DNA of 41,734 nucleotides from a virus (Duplodnaviria; Heunggongvirae; Uroviricota; Caudoviricetes): IMG/VR virus record IMGVR_UViG_2850802633_000004; one strand, 5' to 3'. Shown piece by piece: positions 9,952 to 22,065 of this stretch (position 1 is its first letter; each line of letters starts with the position of its first letter). The notes under the pieces were generated by a model. It saw only the letters and a program-made list of their open reading frames with translations, ran no database searches and was not told where the DNA came from. The position numbers and the translations under genes were made by a program.

Positions 9952-11376
9952 ATGAACACCGATAAACAAGTTTACCCACTGTATTACGAAGCAAAAAATG
10001 ACAAAGTAAGAAAACGTCTCGGTATTAAAGGCGGTTTTTACTGGGCTGAAGCGAAAAAATTATCCATTGCCATCTCCCGTGGTGCTGTTGCGATTGACGA
10101 TGCAGGCTACGATGAAGATGACTTTAAAAAACCTGTTCGCGTCAATTTGCCCGTTGTTGATGACCTCCCGCCAGAAGGCGTATTTGATACGGAATTCTGC
10201 AACCGTTACGAAAAAGGCGGGGAAGATGGCATCACAATGGTATTTATCGCATCTTCTCCCTCTGTTCAGGACAAACCGGCCAGCACTGACAATACCAACG
10301 TCAACGGCGAAGACATGACAGAAATTGAGGAGAACATGCTCCTGCCAGTTTCCGGTCAGGAACTGCCCATTCGCTGGCTTGCGCAACACGGCAGCGAAAA
10401 ACCAGTAACGCACGTTTCACGCGACGAACTCCAGGCATTACACATTGCTCGGGATGAAGAACTACCAGCTGTTACTGCCCTGGCTGTTTCCCACAAAACC
10501 AGCCTGCTCGATCCGCTGGAAATTCGCGATCTCCACAAACTGGTGCGTGATACTGACAGAGTTTTCCCTAATCCAGGCAATTCAAGCCTGGGGCTGATGA
10601 CTGCTTTTTTCGAAGCATACATGGACGCAGACTACACCGATCGCGGTCTGCTGACAAAAGAGTGGATGAAAGGAAATCGTGTTTCACGCATCACGCGCAC
10701 GGCTTCCGGCGCTAATGCTGGCGGCGGGAACCTCACCGATCGCGGCGAAGGTTTCGTTCACGATCTGACGTCACTGGCGCGCGACGTAGCCACTGGCGTA
10801 CTGGCTCGTTCAATGGACGTGGACATTTATAACCTTCATCCGGCACACGCTAAACGTGTCGAGGAAATTATCGCTGAAAATAAACCGCCCTTTTCTGTTT
10901 TCCGCGACAAATTCATCACCATGCCTGGCGGGATGGATTATTCCCGCGCCATCGTGGTTGCGTCAGTGAAAGAAGCACCGATTGGTATCGAGGTCATCCC
11001 CGCTCACGTCACTGAATATCTGAACAAGGTACTGACTGAAACCGATCATGCCAACCCTGATCCGGAAATCGTGGATATTGCCTGCGGTCGCTCCTCTGCC
11101 CCGATGCCGCAACGTGTAACAGAAGAAGGAAAACAGGATGATGAAGAAAAAACGCAGCCATCTGGCGCAATGGCAGATGAACAGGCAACGGCTGAAACAA
11201 TGGAACCGGATGCAACTGAACATCATCAGAACACGCAGCCGCTGGATGCTCAGTCACAGGTAAATTCTGTTGATGAGAAATATCAGGAACTACGGGCAGA
11301 ACTCCATGAAGCCCGGAAAAACATTCCGCCCAAAAATCCTGTCGATGCAGACAAATTACTGGCTGCCTTGAGGTAG
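9952..11376 (+). CDS. Hypothetical acidic phage protein (474 aa), unknown function
   Basis: Long ORF with RBS-like GAGG upstream; acidic low-complexity C-terminus; stop 4 bp before IS600 copy 2. Confidence 0.6.
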   Translation: MNTDKQVYPLYYEAKNDKVRKRLGIKGGFYWAEAKKLSIAISRGAVAIDDAGYDEDDFKKPVRVNLPVVDDLPPEGVFDTEFCNRYEKGGEDGITMVFIASSPSVQDKPASTDNTNVNGEDMTEIEENMLLPVSGQELPIRWLAQHGSEKPVTHVSRDELQALHIARDEELPAVTALAVSHKTSLLDPLEIRDLHKLVRDTDRVFPNPGNSSLGLMTAFFEAYMDADYTDRGLLTKEWMKGNRVSRITRTASGANAGGGNLTDRGEGFVHDLTSLARDVATGVLARSMDVDIYNLHPAHAKRVEEIIAENKPPFSVFRDKFITMPGGMDYSRAIVVASVKEAPIGIEVIPAHVTEYLNKVLTETDHANPDPEIVDIACGRSSAPMPQRVTEEGKQDDEEKTQPSGAMADEQATAETMEPDATEHHQNTQPLDAQSQVNSVDEKYQELRAELHEARKNIPPKNPVDADKLLAALR

Positions 11377-11423
11377 CCTGTGAGGTGTACTGGCAATAGC
11401 GGACACTACCATTTGTTCTTTTT

Positions 11424-12242
11424 TTAAGCAGCCATCTGATGATATTTTTCCCTGAAGGCTGCCGGGGAGATATTCCCCAGACGAGAGTGACGACGCTGAC
11501 GATTGTAGAAAATCTCAATGTATTCCCGTATTACTGAGATGGCTTCATCCCGGTTATTAAAACGATAGTGGCTCAGGCTCTCATTTTTCAGCGTTCCCCA
11601 GAAGCTTTCCATCGGAGCGTTGTCGTAACAGTTACCTTTACGCGACATTGATGTTTTCAGACCAGACTGCTCCTGTATGACCCGGTAATCGTATGCGCAG
11701 TACTGTGAACCTCGATCAGAGTGGTGGATTAGCCCGGCAGGTGGGCGCTGGCTCCTGAGCGCCATAAACAGGGCTTTACCTGTCAGCTCTTTTGTCATGC
11801 GCTCTCCCATGGCGTAGCCGACAATTTCACACGTATAAACATCTTTGATGCCAGCGAGGTACAACCATCCCTCCTGTGTGGCAACATACGTCAGGTCCGC
11901 CACCCAGACCTGATTTGGTGCTGTAGGAGCGAACGTCTGGTTCAGCAGATTTGGCGCAACAGGCAGATTGTGGTTCGGGTTCGTAGTCGCTCTGAACTTG
12001 CGTTTCTGCTTACAGCGTAGCCTCAGCTCCTTACGAAGACGTGCCAGTCGGTCACGACCAACGATGATGCCATTCTCTGCCAGCTCCGTCTGGAGCCGCC
12101 GGGTTCCATATGTTTCGCGAGTGCGGATATGTGCCACCTTAATCTCCAGTTTTAGCCGCTCATCACTTTGTTTTCTGTCTGAGGGTTCATGCTGTACCCA
12201 GTTGTAATAACCGCTCCTGGATACACCAAATACCTGACACAT
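11424..12242 (-). CDS. IS600 OrfB transposase
   Basis: 272-aa ORF identical family. Confidence 0.9.
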   Translation of the reverse strand: MCQVFGVSRSGYYNWVQHEPSDRKQSDERLKLEIKVAHIRTRETYGTRRLQTELAENGIIVGRDRLARLRKELRLRCKQKRKFRATTNPNHNLPVAPNLLNQTFAPTAPNQVWVADLTYVATQEGWLYLAGIKDVYTCEIVGYAMGERMTKELTGKALFMALRSQRPPAGLIHHSDRGSQYCAYDYRVIQEQSGLKTSMSRKGNCYDNAPMESFWGTLKNESLSHYRFNNRDEAISVIREYIEIFYNRQRRHSRLGNISPAAFREKYHQMAA

Positions 12243-12277
12243 CGCTTCAATGGGAAATTGTTGTCGCCATTGTTCGA

Positions 12278-12580
12278 TTAACGCGTATTTTTCAGCGACT
12301 CCTGTGCAAAATACGCTGTTGCTTTTTTTAATATATCGCGCTCAAGGCGAGCTTCATTTAACGCCTTACGCAGTTGCAGAATTTCAGATTCCAGTTCAGC
12401 CACCGTGCGGGAACCAGGAGTACCGAGCCCTTTTCTGGCGGCGGTAACCCATTGTCCTAAAGTGCCTTCAGGAAGAGATAATCGGGAAGCGCCTTCACTG
12501 ATCGAAAGTTGATTTTCAAGAACCGTTCTGACAGCTTCGGCTTTGAACTCTTTAGAGTAACGTTGGGTTTTTCTGCTCAT
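12278..12580 (-). CDS. IS600 OrfA
   Basis: 100-aa ORF. Confidence 0.9.
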   Translation of the reverse strand: MSRKTQRYSKEFKAEAVRTVLENQLSISEGASRLSLPEGTLGQWVTAARKGLGTPGSRTVAELESEILQLRKALNEARLERDILKKATAYFAQESLKNTR

Positions 12581-12644
12581 TATTCGCTCCTTCTGATGCC
12601 ATTCTATTTCAGGAAGGAGTGTCCGTTAAACTCAGGCTACCTCA

Positions 12645-12895
12645 GAGCGCTTATCCGATTTTTGATCGTATTGAAGAAATGGCATGGGCTCGTCACTACC
12701 AGCAGATCGTTCGTGAAGAAAAAGAAACGGAACTGGCGGACGACCTGGAAAAAGGTCTGCCTCAGCACCTGTTTGAATCGCTCTGCATCGACCATTTGCA
12801 ACGCCACGGTGCCAATAAACAGGCAATCAGCCACGCATTTGATGATGATGTTGAGTTTCAGGAGCGCATGGCAGAACACATCCGGTACATGGCTG
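12645..12895 (+). pseudogene. 3' fragment of an unknown phage gene, truncated 5' by IS600 and interrupted 17 codons before its stop by IS911
   Basis: Open frame ...[20 protein letters not shown]...AEHIRYMA then IS911; frame resumes after IS911 as ETIAHHQVDIDLED-stop. Confidence 0.4.
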
Positions 12896-12967
12896 TGAAG
12901 TGGCACACTGAATTTGGCCACCTGAACAGAGGTGATATGCTCACCTCAGAACAACACAGGTGCTCCA

Positions 12968-14136
<1,169 letters not shown>

Positions 14137-14196
14137 CCACTTCACTGAAACCATTGCCCACCACCAGGTTGATATTGATTTGGAGGACTAAAATCT

Positions 14197-15308
14197 ATGG
14201 CGCTTTTTCAACGAGCAATAAACACACAGGCCTATCTAAAAGCAGGAATTATGGGGTTTGCTGGCGACGGCAAAACCTACACAGCAAGCGAACTGGCTAT
14301 TGGTCTGGTAATGCTTATGCGGCAACGGGGAATTGAAGCTGGTAACCGCCCGGTAATGTTTCTGGACACAGAAACAGGCTCTGACTGGGTTAAACCCCGC
14401 TTTGATGCGGAAAATATCGAATTATTTACGGCAAAAACCCGCTCGTTTGTTGATCTGCTTGAAGCCATTAATGAAGCGGAAAGCAGCGGTTCCGTAATGA
14501 TCATCGACTCCATCAGTCACTTCTGGACCGGATTATGCGACGAGTATGCCAGACGCCGAAACCGTAAACGAGGACTGGAATTTTCAGACTGGGCGTGGCT
14601 CAAACAGGAGTGGCGACGCTTTACCGATCGATTTGTTAACAGTCAGGCGCACATTATTATGTGCGGGCGTGCAGGATATGAGTATGACTTTTTCGAAGGT
14701 GATGATGGCAAACGCCAGTTGGCAAAAACCGGTATAAAAATGAAAGCAGAAACAGAAACCGGTTATGAACCCTCCATCCGGATCCAGATGGAGAAGCAAA
14801 TGAACATAGAAACCGGTCAGGTGTGGCGCACCGCCAGAATACTAAAAGATCGCTCCACCCGTATTGATGGACAGGTATTTTCAAACCCAACATTTAAAAA
14901 CTTTCTTCCTCATATCGAGTCTCTTAACCTGGGAGGTGAACACCCCGGCATCGATACCTCACGGGATAACAGTGAATTATTTGCCAACGACGGTACACCG
15001 ACATGGCTAAAAGAAAAGCGTGCAAAAGAAATCGCACTTGATGAAATTAACTTGATGAAATTATCGAGTTGCTCAACAAGCACCATGGGGGCACCAGTAA
15101 CGACGCCAAACGCGCAAAAGCTGATTTGCTGGAAAAAACATTCACCTCCCGCTCATGGGAAAGAATCAAAGGTATGGACTGGCCGACAATCAAAGCTGGT
15201 CGTAATGCACTATGGATTGAACTGGAAGGCGTTGAATATGCATTCCCGGATCCACAAACACAAAACGAAACGCAACAAGCAGGATACGATGAGAATATTC
15301 CGGTGTAA
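14197..15308 (+). pseudogene. Phage P-loop NTPase (Walker A GFAGDGKT), disrupted by a 14-bp tandem duplication near 15040-15067
   Basis: RBS GGAGG upstream; ACTTGATGAAATTA occurs twice in tandem, shifting frame; downstream frame (15069..15308) reads on as a plausible C-terminus. Confidence 0.6.
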
Positions 15309-15382
15309 AACCAAGTGCATTTTGGGAATGAACCGCCCCGGGAATCCTGGAGACTAAACTTCCTGAGAAAGAGGTAAACAGG

Positions 15383-15709
15383 ATGACTAAAAATACTCGT
15401 TTTTCCCCCGAAGTCCGTCAACGGGCAGTCCGTATGGTTCTGGAAAGTCAGGGCGAATATGACTCACAATGGGCGACAATTTGTTCCATTGCCCCAAAGA
15501 TTGGCTGTACGCCGGAGACTCTGCGTGTCTGGGTTCGCCAGCATGAGCGGGATACCGGGGGCGGTGATGGAGGGCTCACCACCGCTGAACGTCAGCGTCT
15601 GAAAGAGCCGGAGCGTGAAAATCGTGAACTGCACCGCAGTAACGATATCCTTCGCCAGGCTTCCGCTTATTTTGCGAAGGCGGAGTTCGACCGCCTCTGG
15701 AAAAAATGA
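15383..15709 (+). CDS. IS629-like OrfA
   Basis: [33 protein letters not shown]... Confidence 0.85.
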   Translation: MTKNTRFSPEVRQRAVRMVLESQGEYDSQWATICSIAPKIGCTPETLRVWVRQHERDTGGGDGGLTTAERQRLKEPERENRELHRSNDILRQASAYFAKAEFDRLWKK

Positions 15710-16437
15710 TGCCACTGCTGGATAAGCTGCGTGAGCAGTACGGGGTCGGACCGCTATGCAGCGAACTGCATATTGCCCCGTCAACGTATTACCACTGTCA
15801 GCAACAGCGACATCATCCGGATAAACGCAGTGCCCGTGCGCAGCGCGATGACTGGCTGAAGAAAGAGATACAGCGCGTATACGATGAAAATCACAAGGTA
15901 TACGGTGTAAAGTCTGGCGTCAGTTGTTACGGGAAGGTATCAGAGTGGCCAGATGCACTGTGGCACGTCTCATGGCGGGGCTTCGTCTATGTGGCGTTCA
16001 TCATTGATGTGTTTGCCGGATACATCGTGGGGTGGCGGGTCTCATCGTCCATGGAAACGACATTCGTGCTGGATGCACTGGAGCAGGCGTTATGGGCCCG
16101 TCGACCGTCCGGCACGGTCCATCACAGTGATAAAGGTTCTCAGTATGTATCGCTGGCCTACACACAGCGGCTTAAGGAAGCCGGATTACTGGCATCAACA
16201 GGAAGTACAGGCGACTCGTATGACAACGCGATGGCGGAGAGCATCAATGGTCTTTACAAAGCGGAGGTAATACACCGTAAGAGCTGGAAAAACCGTGCAG
16301 AAGTGGAACTGGCCACACTCACGTGGGTGGACTGGTATAACAATCGACGATTGCTGGAAAGGCTGGGCCACATCCCTCCGGCAGAAGCAGAAAAAGCTTA
16401 TTATGCTTCCATCGGAAACGATGATCTGGCAGCCTGA
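15706..16437 (+). pseudogene. IS629-like OrfB transposase, internally deleted
   Basis: N-terminus and C-terminal DDE region present but middle replaced by a short aberrant stretch (VYGVKSGVSCYGKVSEWPDALWHVSW). Confidence 0.7.
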
Positions 16438-16652
16438 GTTCACAGATAAAACACTCTCCAGGAAACCCGGGGCGGTTCAGCCTGATGCTTCGCACTGGTC
16501 TGGGTGCCAGACAAATTGAAGCATACCGCCAGAACTGTTGGGTGGAAGGCTTCCACTTCAAACGAGTATCTCCTTTAGGGAAGCCAGACAGTAAGCGAGG
16601 GATTATCTGGTACAACTATCCGAAGATAAATCAGTTTATCAAAGACTCATGA

Positions 16653-17955
16653 TATGTCTAAATTACCAACAGGTGTCGAGATTCGAGGTAAATACATTCG
16701 CATCTGGTTCATGTTTCGAGGAAAACGATGTCGGGAAACATTGAAAGGCTGGGAGATTACTAACAGTAACATTAAAAAGGCCGGGAATTTAAGAGCGTTG
16801 ATAGTTCATCAAATCAGTTCCGGTGGGTAATGACTCCAACTTACTGATAGTGTTTTATGTTCAGATAATGCCCGATGACCTTGTCATGCAGCTCCACCGA
16901 TTTTGAGAACGACAGTGACTTCCGTACCAGCCTTGCCAGATGTTGTCTCAGATTCAGATTATGTCGCTCAATGCGCTGAGTGTAACGCTTGCTGATAACG
17001 TGCAGCTTTCCCTTCAGGCGTGATTCATACAGCGGACAGCCATCCGTCATCCATACCACGACCTCAAAGGCCGACAGCAGGCTCAGAAGACGCTCCAGTG
17101 TGGCCAGAGTGCGTTCACCGAAGACGTGCGCCACAACCGTCCTCCGTATCCTGTCATACGCGTAAAACAGCCAGCGCTGATGTCCGGCAGTGCTTTTGCC
17201 GTTACGCACCACGCCTTCAGTAGCGGAGCAGGAAGGACATCTGATGGAAATGGAAGCCACGCAAGCACCTTAAAATCACCATCATACACTAAATCAGTAA
17301 GTTGGCAGCATTACCTGACCCGTTATCTAAAACAGAATTCAATGCATTAATGGAAAGTGAAAAAGGACAGAGCCAAAACTTGTGGAAATTTGCCGTTTAC
17401 TCCGGGCTTCGTCACGGGGAACTGGCAGCTCTGGCGTGGGAGGATGTGGATTTCGAGAAGGGAATTGTGAATGTCAGAAGAAACCTGACGATACTTGATA
17501 TGTTCGGTCCCCCAAAAACAAATGCCGGGATCCGGACGGTAACATTACTGCAGCCGGCTCTTGAAGCACTGAAGGAGCAATACAAACTGACCGGGCATCA
17601 TCGCAAAAGCGAAATCACTTTTTATCATCGGGAGTACGGCAGAACTGAAAAACAAAAACTGCATTTTGTTTTCATGCCCAGGGTGTGTAACGAAAAACAG
17701 AAACCTTATTACTCGGTAAGCAGTTTGGGTACAAGATGGAATGCAGCAGTAAAACGTGCTGGTATTCGCCGCCGTAATCCGTACCACACGCGACATACTT
17801 TTGCCTGCTGGCTGTTGACGGCAGGAGCGAACCCGGCATTTATAGCCAGCCAGATGGGGCATGAAACTGCGCAAATGGTGTATGAAATTTACGGTATGTG
17901 GATTGATGACATGAACGACGAACAGATAGCCATGTTGAATGCGCGGTTATCGTAG
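16653..17955 (+). pseudogene. Phage tyrosine integrase interrupted by internally deleted IS1
   Basis: N-terminal arm-binding-like MSKLPTGVEIRGKYIRIWFMFRGKRCRETL (16653..16825); C-terminal catalytic domain with RHTFACWLL and HETAQMVYEIY (17316..17955); central part of gene missing. Confidence 0.75.
16826..17315 (-). mobile_element. IS1 copy C with internal deletion fusing insA to insB (489 bp), no target duplication
   Basis: Both IS1 termini present (GGTAATGACTCC... and ...GCAGCATTACC); ORF 16841..17260 is InsA N-terminus fused to InsB C-terminus at the short repeat CAGCGCTG. Confidence 0.85.
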
Positions 17956-18321
17956 TTGCAAAGTTTGCCCCCAATTTGCCCCATTTAGTACCAGAGAACT
18001 GAAATAATGCAAGAAAATCAACAAATTACAAAGAAAGAACAATACAACCTGAACAAGTAAGGGCAAAAATCACAACTATCTGACTCATAAGTATTTTATT
18101 TATTTTTCAATATGTTAAACATTATCAGCGACAACAATAAGCTACGATAACCCACTCTTTTTTGCCCCTTTTTTGCCCCTTATACAGCGTTTTGCCCCAT
18201 TTTTGCCATCAACAATTTTCCTCATAAAGTCATTTCAAAGCCTAATAGCTGCTCTACTTTTTTCCTCAATATCATGTCGCCAGCAGGAAACAACCTAATC
18301 CCTGTTTTAGGCCTCAAAGCT

Positions 18322-18343
18322 GTTAATGATAATTATTTTCATT
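18322..18343 (+). promoter_or_regulatory. Candidate Fur box upstream of sitA
   Basis: GTTAATGATAATTATTTTCATT resembles the Fur consensus GATAATGATAATCATTATC; sit operons are known to be Fur-regulated. Confidence 0.45.
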
Positions 18344-18362
18344 TTGTATAGGTTATGCTATA

Positions 18363-18384
18363 AAACATAGCCGTTGCTATGTTT
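18363..18384 (+). promoter_or_regulatory. MntR box (perfect palindrome AAACATAGC-N4-GCTATGTTT)
   Basis: Perfect 9-bp inverted repeat matching the known MntR operator core, 33 bp upstream of sitA ATG. Confidence 0.75.
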
Positions 18385-18416
18385 GTTCTAATTTTGCTCA
18401 CTATAGGTACTAAATT

Positions 18417-19330
18417 ATGCACTCAATAAAAAAAGTAACCATGCTCTTGGGGTGCCTCGCCCTCACCTGCTCGATCGCATTTCAGGCAAGTGCAACTGAA
18501 AAATTCAAGGTCATTACAACATTTACCATCATCGCGGATATGGCCAAAAACGTGGCTGGAGATGCTGCAGAAGTCTCATCCATAACCAAGCCTGGTGCAG
18601 AAATTCATGAGTATCAGCCTACCCCTGGCGATATTAAACGTGCGCAGGGGGCACAACTGATTCTCGCCAATGGTATGAATCTGGAATTGTGGTTCCAACG
18701 CTTTTACCAGCATCTCAATGGGGTTCCAGAAGTAATTGTCTCTTCGGGTGTGACGCCAGTAGGGATCACCGAAGGACCCTATGAGGGCAAACCTAATCCC
18801 CATGCATGGATGTCGCCAGATAATGCTCTGATTTACGTCGATAATATTCGTGATGCGTTGATAAAATACGATCCGGCAAATGCACAAACCTACCAACGTA
18901 ATGCCGATACTTATAAAGCCAAGATTACCCAAACCCTTGCCCCCTGCGTAAGCAGATTACGGAACTCCCTGAGAATCAGCGATGGATGGTCACCAGTGAA
19001 GGGGCTTTTTCTTATCTCGCACGCGATTTGGGGCTAAAAGAGCTTTATCTGTGGCCGATTAATGCCGATCAACAAGGAACACCGCAGCAGGTACGTAAGG
19101 TTGTTGATATAGTTAAGAAAAATCATATCCCGGCAGTCTTTAGCGAGAGTACGATTTCCGATAAACCAGCGCGTCAGGTTGCGCGTGAAACCGGCGCACA
19201 CTACGGCGGTGTGCTCTATGTCGATTCCCTGAGCACAGAAAACGGCCCGGTACCTACGTATATCGACCTTCTTAAGGTTACTACCAGTACGCTGGTACAG
19301 GGAATTAAAGCCGGGAAAAGGGAGAAATAA
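18417..19330 (+). pseudogene. sitA: SitA periplasmic Mn/Fe-binding protein, frameshifted in a C5 tract near 18940..18944
   Basis: Two overlapping ORFs (18417..19037, 18986..19330) that together cover a SitA/MntA-like protein; frame switch at TQTLAP|LRKQ coincides with CCCCC run. Confidence 0.8.
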
Positions 19331-20157
19331 TGATGCAATCTGCAGGCATTGTCGTTAATGATGTTACTGTCACCTGGCGTAACGGGCACACAGCACTGCG
19401 CGATGCATCCTTCACAGTACCAAGTGGATCTATTGCCGCTCTGGTTGGGGTAAACGGTTCCGGAAAATCGACGTTGTTTAAAGCGATTATGGGATTTGTG
19501 CGTCTGACCAGCGGAAAGATATCTGTTCTGGGTATTCCCACGCGACAGGCGCTACAGAAAAACCTGGTTGCCTACGTCCCTCAGTCAGAAGAGGTTGACT
19601 GGTCATTTCCTGTACTGGTGGAAGATGTGGTGATGATGGGCCGCTATGGGCATATGGGTATGTTGCGTATAGCCAAAAAGAGGGATCGTCAGATTGTCAC
19701 CGATGCGCTGGAACGTGTCGATATGGTGGATTTTCGCCATCGTCAAATCGGCGAGCTTTCCGGTGGACAAAAGAAACGCGTCTTTCTGGCGAGAGCAATT
19801 GCACAGCAGGGTGATGTGATCCTGCTGGATGAACCTTTTACCGGCGTTGATGTGAAAACCGAAGCGAAAATCATCAGCCTGTTGAGGGAGTTACGCGCGG
19901 AAGGCAAAACGATGCTTGTCTCAACGCACAATCTCGGCTCAGTCACGACATTTTGCGATTATACGGTCATGGTCAAAGGCACCGTCCTGGCAAGCGGGCC
20001 AACAGACACCACTTTTACAGCCGAGAACCTGGAGCTGGCTTTTAGCGGCGTACTGCGCCATGTCACACTTAACGGCTCGGAAGAAAGCATTATTACTGAC
20101 GATGAACGCCCTTTTGTGGCACATCGACCGTCAGCGGTGCAGAGGGAAGCAAGATGA
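19330..20157 (+). CDS. sitB: SitB ABC transporter ATP-binding protein
   Basis: Walker [10 protein letters not shown], signature LSGGQKKR, Walker B ILLDEP. Confidence 0.9.
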   Translation: MMQSAGIVVNDVTVTWRNGHTALRDASFTVPSGSIAALVGVNGSGKSTLFKAIMGFVRLTSGKISVLGIPTRQALQKNLVAYVPQSEEVDWSFPVLVEDVVMMGRYGHMGMLRIAKKRDRQIVTDALERVDMVDFRHRQIGELSGGQKKRVFLARAIAQQGDVILLDEPFTGVDVKTEAKIISLLRELRAEGKTMLVSTHNLGSVTTFCDYTVMVKGTVLASGPTDTTFTAENLELAFSGVLRHVTLNGSEESIITDDERPFVAHRPSAVQREAR

Positions 20158-21011
20158 ACGTGCTACTGGAACCCTTCAGCTATGAATATATGCTCAATGC
20201 GATGTGGGTCTCGGCAATGGTCGGCGGTCTCTGCGCTTTCCTGTCATGCTATCTGATGCTAAAAGGCTGGTCGCTGATTGGCGATGCGCTGTCGCACTCT
20301 ATTGTCCCGGGTGTTGCGGGGGCATATATGCTGGGGCTTCCGTTTTCTCTGGGAGCCTTCTTTTCCGGCGGACTGGCAGCGGGCAGCATGCTGTTTCTTA
20401 ACCAACGCACCCGCTTAAAAGAAGATGCCATCATCGGCCTGATCTTCTCGTCCTTTTTTGGCCTGGGGCTGTTTATGGTGTCATTGAACCCGACATCCGT
20501 GAACATTCAGACCATCGTCCTGGGCAATATTCTGGCAATCGATCCGGCGGATATCCTGCAACTCACTATCATTGGCATTCTCTCGATCATCGTGCTTTTT
20601 TTCAAATGGAAAGATCTTATGGTGACCTTTTTCGACGAGAATCACGCCCGTGCTATTGGATTACATCCGGGCAGATTAAAAATCCTCTTCTTCACCCTGC
20701 TGTCGGTTTCGACCGTTGCGGCGCTGCAAACGGTTGGTGCCTTTCTGGTGATCTGTCTGGTGGTGACTCCCGGTGCAACAGCATGGTTGTTAACCGATCG
20801 TTTTCCCCGCCTGCTCATAATTGCTGTAACTATTGGCAGTGTAACCAGTTTCCTCGGCGCGTGGGTCAGTTACTTTCTGGACGGCGCGACAGGTGGAATC
20901 ATCGTGGTGGCGCAGACACTGCTGTTTCTTTTAGCATTTGTATTTGCGCCCACCCATGGACTTTTGGCAAATCGTCGGCGTGCGCATAAAGCGCTGGAGG
21001 ATCGCTCATGA
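20154..21011 (+). CDS. sitC: SitC ABC transporter permease
   Basis: 285-aa hydrophobic polytopic ORF overlapping sitB stop. Confidence 0.9.
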   Translation: MNVLLEPFSYEYMLNAMWVSAMVGGLCAFLSCYLMLKGWSLIGDALSHSIVPGVAGAYMLGLPFSLGAFFSGGLAAGSMLFLNQRTRLKEDAIIGLIFSSFFGLGLFMVSLNPTSVNIQTIVLGNILAIDPADILQLTIIGILSIIVLFFKWKDLMVTFFDENHARAIGLHPGRLKILFFTLLSVSTVAALQTVGAFLVICLVVTPGATAWLLTDRFPRLLIIAVTIGSVTSFLGAWVSYFLDGATGGIIVVAQTLLFLLAFVFAPTHGLLANRRRAHKALEDRS

Positions 21012-21865
21012 TGGCATTATTACTGGAGCCACTGCAGTTCACCTTTATGAGTCACGCACTGCTGATTTCACTGGTAGTTTCCATACCCTGTGCGCTGCTG
21101 TCGGTCTTTCTGGTCCTGAAAGGTTGGGCACTGATGGGTGACGCGATGAGTCATGCGGTTTTTCCTGGCATCGTGCTTACCTGGATTCTGGGGTTACCTC
21201 TGGCTACAGGGGCATTCGTCGCCGGAGTATTCTGCGCGGTGGCGACGGGATACCTGAAAGACAACAGCCGAATCAAGCAAGATACAGTTATGGGGATTGT
21301 TTTTTCTGGCATGTTTGCCGCAGGTCTGATCTTGTATATTGCAATTAAACCAGACGTACATCTTGACCATATTCTTTTCGGCGACATGCTCGGGATAACC
21401 ATCGGCGATATAATCCAGACGGTGATTATTGCCGGGCTGGTTACACTTGTTATTAGCGTAAAATGGCGGGATTTTTTGCTGTTCAGCTTTGATTATCAAC
21501 AGGCGCAGGTAAGCGGTTTGCATACGAGATGGCTGCATTATGGGCTGCTGTGCATGGTTTCCCTGACCATTGTGGCGACGCTGAAAGCAGTAGGTATCAT
21601 TCTCTCTATTTCTCTGCTCATTGCGCCTGGCGCCATTGCAGTACTCCTGACACAACGCTTTCATATTGCGCTCCTACTGGCGACTGGCATATCGGTAATA
21701 GTGTCAATGACTGGTGTCTGGCTGTCCTTTTTTATCGACAGCGCACCAGCTCCGACGATTGTCGTCTTATTCGCGGTCGTGTTCATCATGACGTTTACCG
21801 TTACCAGCATCAACGCACGCACAAAGGGAAACGCCCATACACAGGATCTGTTATCACCCAATTAG
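21008..21865 (+). CDS. sitD: SitD ABC transporter permease
   Basis: 285-aa hydrophobic ORF, paralogous to SitC, overlapping sitC stop. Confidence 0.9.
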   Translation: MMALLLEPLQFTFMSHALLISLVVSIPCALLSVFLVLKGWALMGDAMSHAVFPGIVLTWILGLPLATGAFVAGVFCAVATGYLKDNSRIKQDTVMGIVFSGMFAAGLILYIAIKPDVHLDHILFGDMLGITIGDIIQTVIIAGLVTLVISVKWRDFLLFSFDYQQAQVSGLHTRWLHYGLLCMVSLTIVATLKAVGIILSISLLIAPGAIAVLLTQRFHIALLLATGISVIVSMTGVWLSFFIDSAPAPTIVVLFAVVFIMTFTVTSINARTKGNAHTQDLLSPN

Positions 21866-21987
21866 CACAACATCCGAGGACAGCATCGTCCGCCAGCCTA
21901 CAGAAGTCCGGAAAGCCATGGAAGGTCGTTGGGAGGAGGTACGAATTCTATCATGCAAAAAATACGTAAAATCGATAACGCCTAGAA

Positions 21988-22056
21988 ATCATTCAATACT
22001 CGCACTATCGAAAGTTTACCAGCCAACCGCGGCACGTTCCTGCATACGACGTGCCG
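21988..22056. repeat. ~70-bp conserved element, paralogous to 2593..2662
   Basis: See 2593..2662; here it lies 10 bp from the stop of the tfa-like gene. Confidence 0.6.
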
Positions 22057-22065
22057 CAGCTTCTG

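Larger units (their letters stand above)
11381..12644 (-). mobile_element. IS600 copy 2 (1264 bp), no target duplication (flanks CTG and GAG)
   Basis: Same termini as copy 1; mismatched flanks suggest an IS-mediated rearrangement junction. Confidence 0.9.
15329..16479 (+). mobile_element. IS629/IS1203-like element (IS3 family) with about 160-bp internal deletion in orfB
   Basis: Ends TGAACCGCCCCGGGAATCCTGG ... CCAGGAAACCCGGGGCGGTTCA; length 1151 bp, shorter than the 1310 bp I recall for IS629; OrfB lacks a central segment. Confidence 0.8.

Noticed and set aside
20204-21969. Several 60-156 aa ORFs on both strands within sitC and sitD
   Set aside because: Overlap the well-supported permease frames; GC-rich alternative-frame artefacts
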